Virus record (IMG/VR): IMGVR_UViG_2902405164_000001
Location: 1,012-65,011 of that record
From: a virus
DNA length: 64,000 nucleotides
Direction: 5' to 3' (one strand)
The notes beneath the pieces were generated by a model. The model was not told the origin of the DNA. It saw only the letters and a program-made list of their open reading frames with translations, and made no database searches. Shown one piece after another: positions 17,377 to 24,704 of this stretch (its first letter is position 1; every line of letters starts with the position of its first letter). Both the position numbers and the translations under genes were made by a program.

Positions 17377-17714
17377 TGGCGATGGCAGATCGCATCATTG
17401 ATCCGACCGTGCCGGGCAGAGCCGGCCTCTACTTCAACCTCCGTCTTCTCAGTCGGAACGCGCATATCGCTGCGATCCCTGGCGAGCGTGCAGCTCGTGA
17501 GGCTCTAGAGCGCTGGTGTCACTTCTGCGGCCAGCGCTCCTGCTACGGCTTCGGAGAGACGCTGACGACGGCGGGCATTCTGACCTGTGCGGACGCCTCC
17601 TGCCGGTCTTCTGCCGAGGCTGAGATCGCACGACGTCTCTGCCCGTCTCCTCTCGCCAAGCCAAGCGACGAGACCGCTGCACCCACCTTGGATCTGTTCG
17701 GGAGAGCCGCATGA
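17373..17714 (+). CDS. Cys-containing hypothetical protein
   Basis: WCHFCG...CYGFG...TC; coupled. Confidence 0.6.
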   Translation: MMAMADRIIDPTVPGRAGLYFNLRLLSRNAHIAAIPGERAAREALERWCHFCGQRSCYGFGETLTTAGILTCADASCRSSAEAEIARRLCPSPLAKPSDETAAPTLDLFGRAA

Positions 17715-17977
17715 GGATCCCCGAGATAGCCGACCGTCTCCGCGAGGTAGCGGCTGAGCGTGGCCTTCCTGAGCTTGCGGGCCTTGCTGACGAGCTTCGG
17801 CGCCGTCCGGCTGGCCCAAGACCACCCACAGTCTCCCAACCCATGTCGGAAGACCTTGCAGAAGCCATCCGGGCTCTCAAGGCCTCCAACCCGCGCATGA
17901 CCCAGGTCGAGATCGCCCGCAAGCTGGTGATCAATCAAGGTCGCGTGAGCGAAGTTCTGAAGGGGAAGCGCGCATGA
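17711..17977 (+). CDS. Small HTH protein
   Basis: MTQVEIARKLVINQGRVSEVLKG. Confidence 0.8.
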   Translation: MRIPEIADRLREVAAERGLPELAGLADELRRRPAGPRPPTVSQPMSEDLAEAIRALKASNPRMTQVEIARKLVINQGRVSEVLKGKRA

Positions 17978-18501
17978 AAAAAGGCGGCATTGATCGTCTG
18001 ATTTCCGATGCTCAGGAGATCCTTGGCGCGCAGATAGCCAGCGCTCACGACCTGCATCTGCCGCACTTCGGAAGTCCCATAGAGGCGCTGTTCGCTCGCG
18101 CCATCGCGGCAATCGTGAAACTTGAGCCCCCGGATATGACATCGTCGTATTCGATGCCGATATTGCCGGACGAGGATCTCGCGTCCTTTGCGGCCGAGTA
18201 CCTTGTTTTATATGAAGGCCATCAGGTCCGCTGCCTCGATTGGCCAGTCGATTTTCTCTTCATCGTTAGGGACTTCGCGGACAAGAACCACATGGCTGTC
18301 GTCGAGTGCGACGGGCACGAGTTCCACGAGCGGACCAAGGAGCAGGCGCAACGGGATCGTTCGCGCGATAGGAGGCTGCAGGAAGCCGGATATCGTGTGT
18401 TTCGGTTCACGGGTTCGGAGATCTACCGCGACCCCTTGGGGTGCGCCCGCGAAGTAATGAACTGGGCTCACACGTGTTGGCAGATCGGACTGCCGTCATG
18501 A
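17974..18501 (+). CDS. DUF559/Vsr-like endonuclease
   Basis: VDF...VVECDGHEFHE...RDRSRDRRLQEAGYRVFRFTGSEI. Confidence 0.9.
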   Translation: MKKGGIDRLISDAQEILGAQIASAHDLHLPHFGSPIEALFARAIAAIVKLEPPDMTSSYSMPILPDEDLASFAAEYLVLYEGHQVRCLDWPVDFLFIVRDFADKNHMAVVECDGHEFHERTKEQAQRDRSRDRRLQEAGYRVFRFTGSEIYRDPLGCAREVMNWAHTCWQIGLPS

Positions 18502-19433
18502 GCGAGCGCGGCGTCTTTGCGGTAGACCGCGGCATCTGGTCGGATCCGGACTTTGCTGATGGCGAGTTCAGCGAGCGCGAGGCGTTCATCTGGCTCGTTG
18601 GGCAGGCCGCGTGGAAGCCGATGCGCATCCGTGTCGGTAGCGGCACCATCGACCTCGCGCGCGGTCAGTGCGCCTTCTCTACCCGCTTCCTCGCCGAGAA
18701 ATGGCTTTGGTCTGAGGCTCGCGTGCGCCGTTACCTGGGGCGCCTGATTTCGCGTGAAATTATCTGTGCGTCGGCTGACAAAAAATCGACGCACATCACG
18801 ATCCTAAAATACGACCGGTTTCAAAGGGTTAGCCTACCTGAAACCGACGTACCGACGCAGACGCGACGCACCAGCGACGCACCTACGACGCACCAGCGAC
18901 GCAAAGAAGAAGACATTAAAGGCACTGAACTCATTCAAGATATCTCCTCACTTCGTTCGGAGAGCGCGCCTGCGGCGCCGAGCCCGAGGCGGACGAAGAT
19001 CAAGCCGGCATGGGTTCTGGCAGAGGATGAGATCGCGGCAGCCCGTAAGGCCGGCGTTGAACCCGCCCGCGCCGCGGTGATCTGGCCGCAGTTCGTCGAC
19101 TACCATGCCGGCAAGGGAACGATCATGGCCGACTGGCTAGCCGCTTGGCGGACGTGGTGCCGGAACGACGTGAAGTTCTCGGCGAGAGGCGCTGGCCAAC
19201 GGCAGCGGACGCCGCCGAAGAGCGCAGATTTCTGGGCAAGCGAAGCCATCGACGCGAATGCCGAACTGACCGGAGGCCGCTATGACAACCGCCCTTTCAA
19301 CGGTGACGCAGACCCGTGGGATCGTCCCGGTGAGCCGGGCGGTCGCCGATCTGACCAGCAGGTTGCACAACAAGCTGGAGCCGATCCCTGGCGAGTGGCG
19401 CCGCTGCGCCTTGTCGGCGGCGGCCGAGCCTAG
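18498..19433 (+). CDS. Replication initiator (lambda O-like)
   Basis: N-terminal wHTH (EAFIWL..QA..LARGQ...S.RFLAEKW), internal iterons, C-terminal DWLAAWRTWCRN. Confidence 0.85.
   Translation: MSERGVFAVDRGIWSDPDFADGEFSEREAFIWLVGQAAWKPMRIRVGSGTIDLARGQCAFSTRFLAEKWLWSEARVRRYLGRLISREIICASADKKSTHITILKYDRFQRVSLPETDVPTQTRRTSDAPTTHQRRKEEDIKGTELIQDISSLRSESAPAAPSPRRTKIKPAWVLAEDEIAAARKAGVEPARAAVIWPQFVDYHAGKGTIMADWLAAWRTWCRNDVKFSARGAGQRQRTPPKSADFWASEAIDANAELTGGRYDNRPFNGDADPWDRPGEPGGRRSDQQVAQQAGADPWRVAPLRLVGGGRA
18853..18903 (+). repeat. Replication-origin iterons: five CGACGCA at 11-bp period
   Basis: Copies start at 18853, 18864, 18875, 18886, 18897; followed by an A-rich tract. Confidence 0.85.
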
Positions 19434-19983
19434 CGCTGAGGAGCGTCAGGCTTTGGTTGAGCGTCGGCAGCACCTCGACGAGCAGCTTCAGCCCTGTGAC
19501 GGTGCCACGGTTTTGCGTTCGGTTGGCCTGCTCCGCTCCGTGATGGCCGTGCCCAACGTGGATGAGGAGACACGCAAGCTTCAGAAGGCGGCGTTCCTCA
19601 TGACGCTCACCAAGTACCCGGCCTGGGCCGTCGAGGCGGCCTGTGCGCAGTTTCTAGAAGCTGCTCAAGGGGAGGGGATCCACGCCCCGAAGCCCGGCGA
19701 GATCGCCACCGTCTGCCGCCGCCTGATCGCGGAAGCCCAGTACGAGCGCGCGAAGATCAACGCGGTGCTGGATGCCGAGATCTACGTGCCGCCGACCGAT
19801 GAGGAGCGGGCCGAGGTATCCCGCCGCTTCGCCGAGATCGTGGCCGAGCTGTCCGAGGCCAGCGCCGGCAACCGAACCCGAGAAGCCGGCACCGCCCATG
19901 CCGACCGTCTTCAAGCTCTCTCCACCCTTCGAGAAGCCGAAGCCAAAGCGAAATCTCAAGAGATTGAGGGAGTGAAGGCGTGA
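19282..19983 (+). CDS. Putative helicase loader/replication partner
   Basis: Follows initiator; YPAWAVEAAC...APKPGEI pattern. Confidence 0.55.
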   Translation: MTTALSTVTQTRGIVPVSRAVADLTSRLHNKLEPIPGEWRRCALSAAAEPSAEERQALVERRQHLDEQLQPCDGATVLRSVGLLRSVMAVPNVDEETRKLQKAAFLMTLTKYPAWAVEAACAQFLEAAQGEGIHAPKPGEIATVCRRLIAEAQYERAKINAVLDAEIYVPPTDEERAEVSRRFAEIVAELSEASAGNRTREAGTAHADRLQALSTLREAEAKAKSQEIEGVKA

Positions 19984-20213
19984 GCGTCGAAGCCCTTAAG
20001 TTCATCAACGAGAACGCGTTCACCTTCGTGTTCTGGGTCGTCGCGGCCGTTTGCATCGCGAAATGGCTTTTCGGGCGATCTGGTTGGAGTCTGGACGATC
20101 TACCGACCAGCTTCGAACTGACGGTGAACCATCACCACCACTTCTACCCCTACGAAGAGCAGTCGCCCTTTGAGGACGAGGAAGAGCCCGTGACCCAGGA
20201 GACTGCCGCGTGA
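19980..20213 (+). CDS. Small membrane protein
   Basis: One hydrophobic helix; coupled. Confidence 0.6.
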   Translation: MSVEALKFINENAFTFVFWVVAAVCIAKWLFGRSGWSLDDLPTSFELTVNHHHHFYPYEEQSPFEDEEEPVTQETAA

Positions 20214-20905
20214 CCAACAAGCAGCGTCGAGCCCTCCGTCGCGAGAAGGCCCGCGAGCGGTCGCGGAAGAAGGCCGTCAAGCGGACGGTGGCCGTCAACA
20301 TGCAGTCGGTCCGGGCCGGCGCCTACATGGCTGCCCGTGAGCGCCAGGAGCGCTTCGAGGTCGATCCGACCCGCACATGGTACGTGATCCGCACCCTGCC
20401 GCGCTGGGCGACCAAGGCCGCTGAGCAGATCACCGCGAGCGGCACGCCTGTGTTTGAGGCCCGCGAGGCGATCCGGCTAGTGTCCGACATCGGCAAGGTG
20501 CGGCTGGCCCTGATCCCGGTTCTGCGCCGGCTGATCTTCGTCGGAGTGCGAGACTGGCAGGAGCTGCGCCACGTCGAAAGCCACCCTGGCGTTTACGATG
20601 ACCTGACCGGCTATGGTCGCTCCGGTGTCGTGCAGCGTCCTGGCGGCGGGCACATGACGATCAGTGCCGACGATCTGCAGAACTTCGCGGACTGTATCAC
20701 GGGTTTCGGCGGCGATGACGATGCTGCCAGCGAGATCGTCTATCAGATCGGTGGCGTGGTCCGTGTCACCGAAGGTCCGTTCGCCTCGTTCAACGCTACC
20801 GTCGAGGGCATTGACGAGCGAACTGGCCGGCTTAAGGTCGCAGTAGACATCTTTGGGCGGCCGACACCTGTAGAATTGGAGGTTCAACAGGTGGAGGCTG
20901 CTTGA
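20210..20905 (+). CDS. nusG: NusG-paralog antiterminator (late regulator)
   Basis: WYVIRT (NGN) and KOW VRVTEGPFASFNATVE...LKVAVDIFGRPTPVEL. Confidence 0.9.
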   Translation: MTNKQRRALRREKARERSRKKAVKRTVAVNMQSVRAGAYMAARERQERFEVDPTRTWYVIRTLPRWATKAAEQITASGTPVFEAREAIRLVSDIGKVRLALIPVLRRLIFVGVRDWQELRHVESHPGVYDDLTGYGRSGVVQRPGGGHMTISADDLQNFADCITGFGGDDDAASEIVYQIGGVVRVTEGPFASFNATVEGIDERTGRLKVAVDIFGRPTPVELEVQQVEAA

Positions 20906-20935
20906 CATTTTCTTTCCGGCATGCATGTTACGCGG
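20902..20935 (+). promoter_or_regulatory. Putative late promoter
   Basis: CTTGACA at end of nusG, weak -10 (CATGTT); precedes 350-bp non-coding leader. Confidence 0.5.
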
Positions 20936-21260
20936 CAGGACATTTCCGAACCGCGGCGACAGCTACGGCAGTCTGGCCCACTTCGGACCCCGGCCCACGA
21001 TCGAAGGCGATCGAGGCGTCGGGATTGTTGTCTTCAAATTCCGCCCTTGAGCGCAGAGCGCTCGGGCAATCAGTTCGATGTCTTGGATGGGCGATAGGCG
21101 CAGCGATCCTGGTCGCGAGCTTATCAACTGCCGGCATCGTCAAGTCAGGATGGGCGCGGTGGCGCTCCGCCAGAGGCTGAGACCTCGGCCGGACCTGATC
21201 AGCCGGTTTTGCCCCGCTCATACCGGGTGGCCCGTTCTGAACCCTCAGCCGGATCCTCTC

Positions 21261-21482
21261 ATGCCCGAGACAATCCCGGCCGACATCGCTGCGGCGCTCG
21301 ACATTTTCCAAAATAGAGCCCTACGGCAGGGCCGGCTTGGAATTGGCTCCCAAGCCTCATCTGAGGCTGAGAAAGCCGCCAGTGAAGCCCGTAAGCGATT
21401 GGAGCGGGCAATCAGCGCCCACCTCCGCGGCTATGCTGGATTGAAGGCTGCGATGGACGCCATCACGAGCGGGGGCGCCTGA
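21261..21482 (+). CDS. Hypothetical protein
   Basis: Helical ORF coupled to next gene. Confidence 0.55.
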   Translation: MPETIPADIAAALDIFQNRALRQGRLGIGSQASSEAEKAASEARKRLERAISAHLRGYAGLKAAMDAITSGGA

Positions 21483-21733
21483 TGGCCGATAAAGCGAAGC
21501 CGGTGGTTTGGGCGCTGTGTACGCTCCTACCGGAACAAGGCCCGGATGCCTGGGAGCTGAACGGCGTTTATGCGACCCTGGAGGGCGCGCTCGCCGCCTG
21601 CGTTACTGACCAAGACATGGCCGTCAAGTTCGTCCTTGGCGAGGACTACCGCGACAAGTTCGAGTTTTGGCAGGCCAATCCGAGGCGGCCGGAGCCATTC
21701 TTGGTGACGCTCGAAGAGGCCAAAGTTGCCTAG
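21482..21733 (+). CDS. Hypothetical protein
   Basis: Coupled ORF. Confidence 0.65.
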   Translation: MADKAKPVVWALCTLLPEQGPDAWELNGVYATLEGALAACVTDQDMAVKFVLGEDYRDKFEFWQANPRRPEPFLVTLEEAKVA

Positions 21734-22004
21734 CTTCCGCAAGAAGCCTGTCGAGGTCGAGGCTGTCCAGTGGTTCCCCGGCGTGGAGCACCCTGGCGTG
21801 CACTACGATATGGGCTATGCCACTATCGGCGGTCGAGGCCACGGCGCTCAAACTTTTAAGCAGGATGACCGGCCGCACGTTATCACCGTGCACGAGCAGA
21901 AGGCGTTCCTAGAGCCCGGCGACTGGATTTTGCCTGAGCAGAAGGAAGGTCGTTTCTACCCCTGCAAGCCCGACATCTTCGCGGCAACCTACGAACCCGC
22001 GTGA
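21726..22004 (+). CDS. PGDYG-like phage protein
   Basis: FRKKPVEVEAVQW...PGDWI...YPCKPDIFAATYE. Confidence 0.85.
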   Translation: MPSFRKKPVEVEAVQWFPGVEHPGVHYDMGYATIGGRGHGAQTFKQDDRPHVITVHEQKAFLEPGDWILPEQKEGRFYPCKPDIFAATYEPA

Positions 22005-22141
22005 ACCCCGACGATCTCTCCGACGTCCGGCTAGACCGGGACCCCGACGATCTCCTCCCCGAGGATTGGGACGAGGTCGCGGACGGAGAGATCGCCGACC
22101 TGACGCGCCGGGTTATCGCTGAGAGCCCCGAGTACGCCTGA
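22001..22141 (+). CDS. Small acidic protein, 46 aa (not in track)
   Basis: Manual translation; GTGA and TGATG overlaps. Confidence 0.5.
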   Translation: MNPDDLSDVRLDRDPDDLLPEDWDEVADGEIADLTRRVIAESPEYA

Positions 22142-22260
22142 TGGAAGCCTGGGTGCTTGAGCATCCTGCGCTGTCCGGCTTCGCCCTCGGCGCTGTGATC
22201 GGTTCTGCCGGGCTGGTTTGTGCCCTGATCGCCATCCTCGCTGAGACCGCAGGGTTCTGA
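22141..22260 (+). CDS. Small membrane protein, 39 aa (not in track)
   Basis: MEAWVLEHPALSGFALGAVIGSAGLVCALIAILAETAGF. Confidence 0.55.
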   Translation: MEAWVLEHPALSGFALGAVIGSAGLVCALIAILAETAGF

Positions 22261-22262
22261 CG

Positions 22263-22364
22263 ATGCCGAACCCTGACGCTGTCCTGACTTGGCTGTTCCT
22301 GCCGAGCCATTTCTACGCAGCCTGGATCTGCGCCGGCTTCGATCTCATGACGGGAGCGCGGTGA
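22263..22364 (+). CDS. Small hydrophobic protein, 33 aa (not in track)
   Basis: MPNPDAVLTWLFLPSHFYAAWICAGFDLMTGAR. Confidence 0.45.
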   Translation: MPNPDAVLTWLFLPSHFYAAWICAGFDLMTGAR

Positions 22365-22615
22365 TGCTGTTCGATAGCTCGCACGTTCATCCGTACCGCG
22401 AGCCAGACGCAACCCGTTGGCGCATCCCGATGCCGCCGTCTGGTGGCCCAATCGGGAGTAAGCCGATCCCCGCCAACATTTTGGCTGAGACTCGTGCTCG
22501 CGCATATGAACTGGCCAAGGCCGAGTTGCCGACGACAGCGAACCGTGCGGCTGTGATGGCCGCTGCTGACGAGATCTTCACCTACCTCATGTACGGCCTC
22601 AAGCCATCAGAGTGA
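22364..22615 (+). CDS. Hypothetical protein
   Basis: TGATG-coupled start. Confidence 0.55.
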   Translation: MLFDSSHVHPYREPDATRWRIPMPPSGGPIGSKPIPANILAETRARAYELAKAELPTTANRAAVMAAADEIFTYLMYGLKPSE

Positions 22616-22628
22616 CGGAAGCGCTGGC

Positions 22629-22862
22629 ATGCACCCCACCGACACGCTCCTCTCCCTCAGCCACGCTCGCATCGCCCGTGCTGCTGCCGCTGGCCCTCGC
22701 CGAGCCACACAGCTCACAGCCCTGACCGATCGCCAGCACATGGCCCGCACCGCTCAGGCTGATCCCATCGCTGTTCGTCACAGCGTCGGCGCCACCATCC
22801 TTCGTCTCCGCTCTCTCGCAGAGACTGACGGCGGCTTCGCTCAGCGCATCGCCGAACTCTGA
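22629..22862 (+). CDS. Hypothetical protein
   Basis: ORF with upstream GGA; Ala/Arg-rich. Confidence 0.5.
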   Translation: MHPTDTLLSLSHARIARAAAAGPRRATQLTALTDRQHMARTAQADPIAVRHSVGATILRLRSLAETDGGFAQRIAEL

Positions 22863-22885
22863 CATCCTCCGACAGGAGCCCTCCC

Positions 22886-23146
22886 ATGGCTAACACTGAC
22901 CTTCTCGACCACAGCACCGCCATGGCCCAGGCCACCGGCCTTCTGCACGCCGAGATCGTGAAGCTCCGCGCCTCCGGCCTCAACGCCCGTCAGATGGCGG
23001 CTCTCAATGCCGTGGAAGCCCACATGTCGGCCATCTCCGATGCGAACGTGGCCATGGGCGACAGTGTCCGTCAGGAGCAGGAAGCCGCGAACCAGGAGCA
23101 GAAGGCTGCCGCCGCTGAGAAGCGGTCGAAAGCCCTGCCGGTCTGA
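22886..23146 (+). CDS. Helical hypothetical protein
   Basis: AGGAG upstream; strong codon bias. Confidence 0.7.
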   Translation: MANTDLLDHSTAMAQATGLLHAEIVKLRASGLNARQMAALNAVEAHMSAISDANVAMGDSVRQEQEAANQEQKAAAAEKRSKALPV

Positions 23147-23191
23147 CGCACAAGCCCCGTACCAGGGGCGTTAAACTAACTGTCAGAAACA

Positions 23192-23500
23192 ATGGCCGGC
23201 AATCCCAACATCCAGCCCGGCCCTGGCCGTCCCAAGGGCTCGGTCAACAAGACGACCGCCCTGCTCAAGGATGCCATCCTGAAGGCCGCACAAACGGCCG
23301 GTGGCGGCGGTGAGGACGGGATCGCTAACTACCTCGCTGATCGGGCCATCGACACGCCTGGGCCGTTTCTCGCGCTGCTAGGCAAGGTTCTGCCCATGCA
23401 GGTCACAGGCGAGGATGGCGAGGCCATCAAGACGGACAATACCTTGCGCCTCGTGTTCATGAAGCCGGGCGACCAACGTGCCGACGATCACGGCTCCTGA
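23192..23500 (+). CDS. terS: Terminase small subunit
   Basis: GRPKGSVNKTT..LKDAI...FLALLGKVLPMQVTG; precedes terL. Confidence 0.85.
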   Translation: MAGNPNIQPGPGRPKGSVNKTTALLKDAILKAAQTAGGGGEDGIANYLADRAIDTPGPFLALLGKVLPMQVTGEDGEAIKTDNTLRLVFMKPGDQRADDHGS

Positions 23501-24704
23501 AGCCTTCCAGTTCCTGTACGAGGGCGAGGCACGCTACCGCGCGGCGTATGGTGGTCGGGGTTCGGCAAAGTCACACAGCTTCGCTCAGGCCTTGGTGATC
23601 AAGGCAGCCATGGAGCCGAAGCGCATCCTCTGCGCTCGCGAAATCCAGAACAGCATCAAAGACTCGGTTCAACGCCTGCTGCTCGACAAGATCGAGGAAT
23701 GCGGGCTGTCTGGCTTCTACACAGCCGTTGAGAGCGAGATCCGCGGGGCCAATGGCTCGCTGTTTATGTTCTCAGGTCTGCGCACCAACCCTGACAGCGT
23801 TAAATCAAAAGAGGGTTTCGACTACGCCTGGATCGAGGAGGCAGCGACCGTCTCCCAGCGTTCGCTGGACATCCTGATCCCGACGCTTCGCAAGCCGAGC
23901 TCTGAGATCTGGGTGACTTGGAACCCCCGGTCGCAGAAGGATCCGATTGACGCGTTGCTGCGCGGCCCAGAGCCCCCACCGCGTTCCATCGTTCGTCGAG
24001 TGAACTACGACGACAACCCGTGGTTTCCCGACGTTCTCCGCGACGAGATGGAGTACGACCGGCGGCGAGACCCGGACAAGTACAGCCACATCTGGCTCGG
24101 TGAGTACCAGCGCAACAGCGAAGCCCGCGTCTTCCGCAATTGGCGGATCGAGGCGTTCGAGACGCCAGCCGATGCGCGGTTCTACTACGGGGCGGATTGG
24201 GGCTTCTCGGTGGACCCGACCACGCTGGTTCGCTGTTTCGTCGATGGTCGGACGCTCTACGTGGACCGCGAGGTCTACGAGGTCGGCTGCGAGATTGATC
24301 GCACGCCCGCCCTGTTCGATACGTTGGACGATGGGCAGGCCCGCAAGTGGCCGATCCGGGCGGACAGCGCCAGGCCCGAGACGATCTCGTACCTGCAGCG
24401 GCACGGCTATCCCAAGCTGGTGCCGGCGACGAAAGGGCAGGGGTCGGTAGAGGACGGGATCGAGTTCCTGAAGTCCTACGACATCGTGGTTCATCCGGAC
24501 TGCCGGCACACCATCGATGAGCTGACCCTGTACGCCTACAAGACCGACCCGCTCACAGGCGAGGTGATGCCAGTGCTTGCGGACAAATCCAATCACGTCA
24601 TCGACGCGCTGCGCTACGCCGTGGAACTGCTGCGGGGCGCCAAGCCGCTCCTCATCACGCCCGAAGCTCTGCGCCGCTCGGCCATGGGTGGGCGCAGGTT
24701 TTGA
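23478..24704 (+). CDS. terL: Terminase large subunit (PBSX type)
   Basis: YGGRGSAKS, WIEEA, GADWG, DKSNHVIDALRYA. Confidence 0.97.
   Translation: MPTITAPEAFQFLYEGEARYRAAYGGRGSAKSHSFAQALVIKAAMEPKRILCAREIQNSIKDSVQRLLLDKIEECGLSGFYTAVESEIRGANGSLFMFSGLRTNPDSVKSKEGFDYAWIEEAATVSQRSLDILIPTLRKPSSEIWVTWNPRSQKDPIDALLRGPEPPPRSIVRRVNYDDNPWFPDVLRDEMEYDRRRDPDKYSHIWLGEYQRNSEARVFRNWRIEAFETPADARFYYGADWGFSVDPTTLVRCFVDGRTLYVDREVYEVGCEIDRTPALFDTLDDGQARKWPIRADSARPETISYLQRHGYPKLVPATKGQGSVEDGIEFLKSYDIVVHPDCRHTIDELTLYAYKTDPLTGEVMPVLADKSNHVIDALRYAVELLRGAKPLLITPEALRRSAMGGRRF

Noticed and set aside
21186-21256. tRNA-Met-like element (CTCATAC loop on a short stem)
   Set aside because: No proper acceptor stem, D-arm or TTCRA T-arm; treated as part of the late leader
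22006-22056. Direct repeat CCCCGACGATCTC
   Set aside because: Explained by a PDDL peptide repeat in a small ORF
23171-23185. CtrA box upstream of terS
   Set aside because: Only one TTAA half-site; TTAA-N7-TTAA is not satisfied
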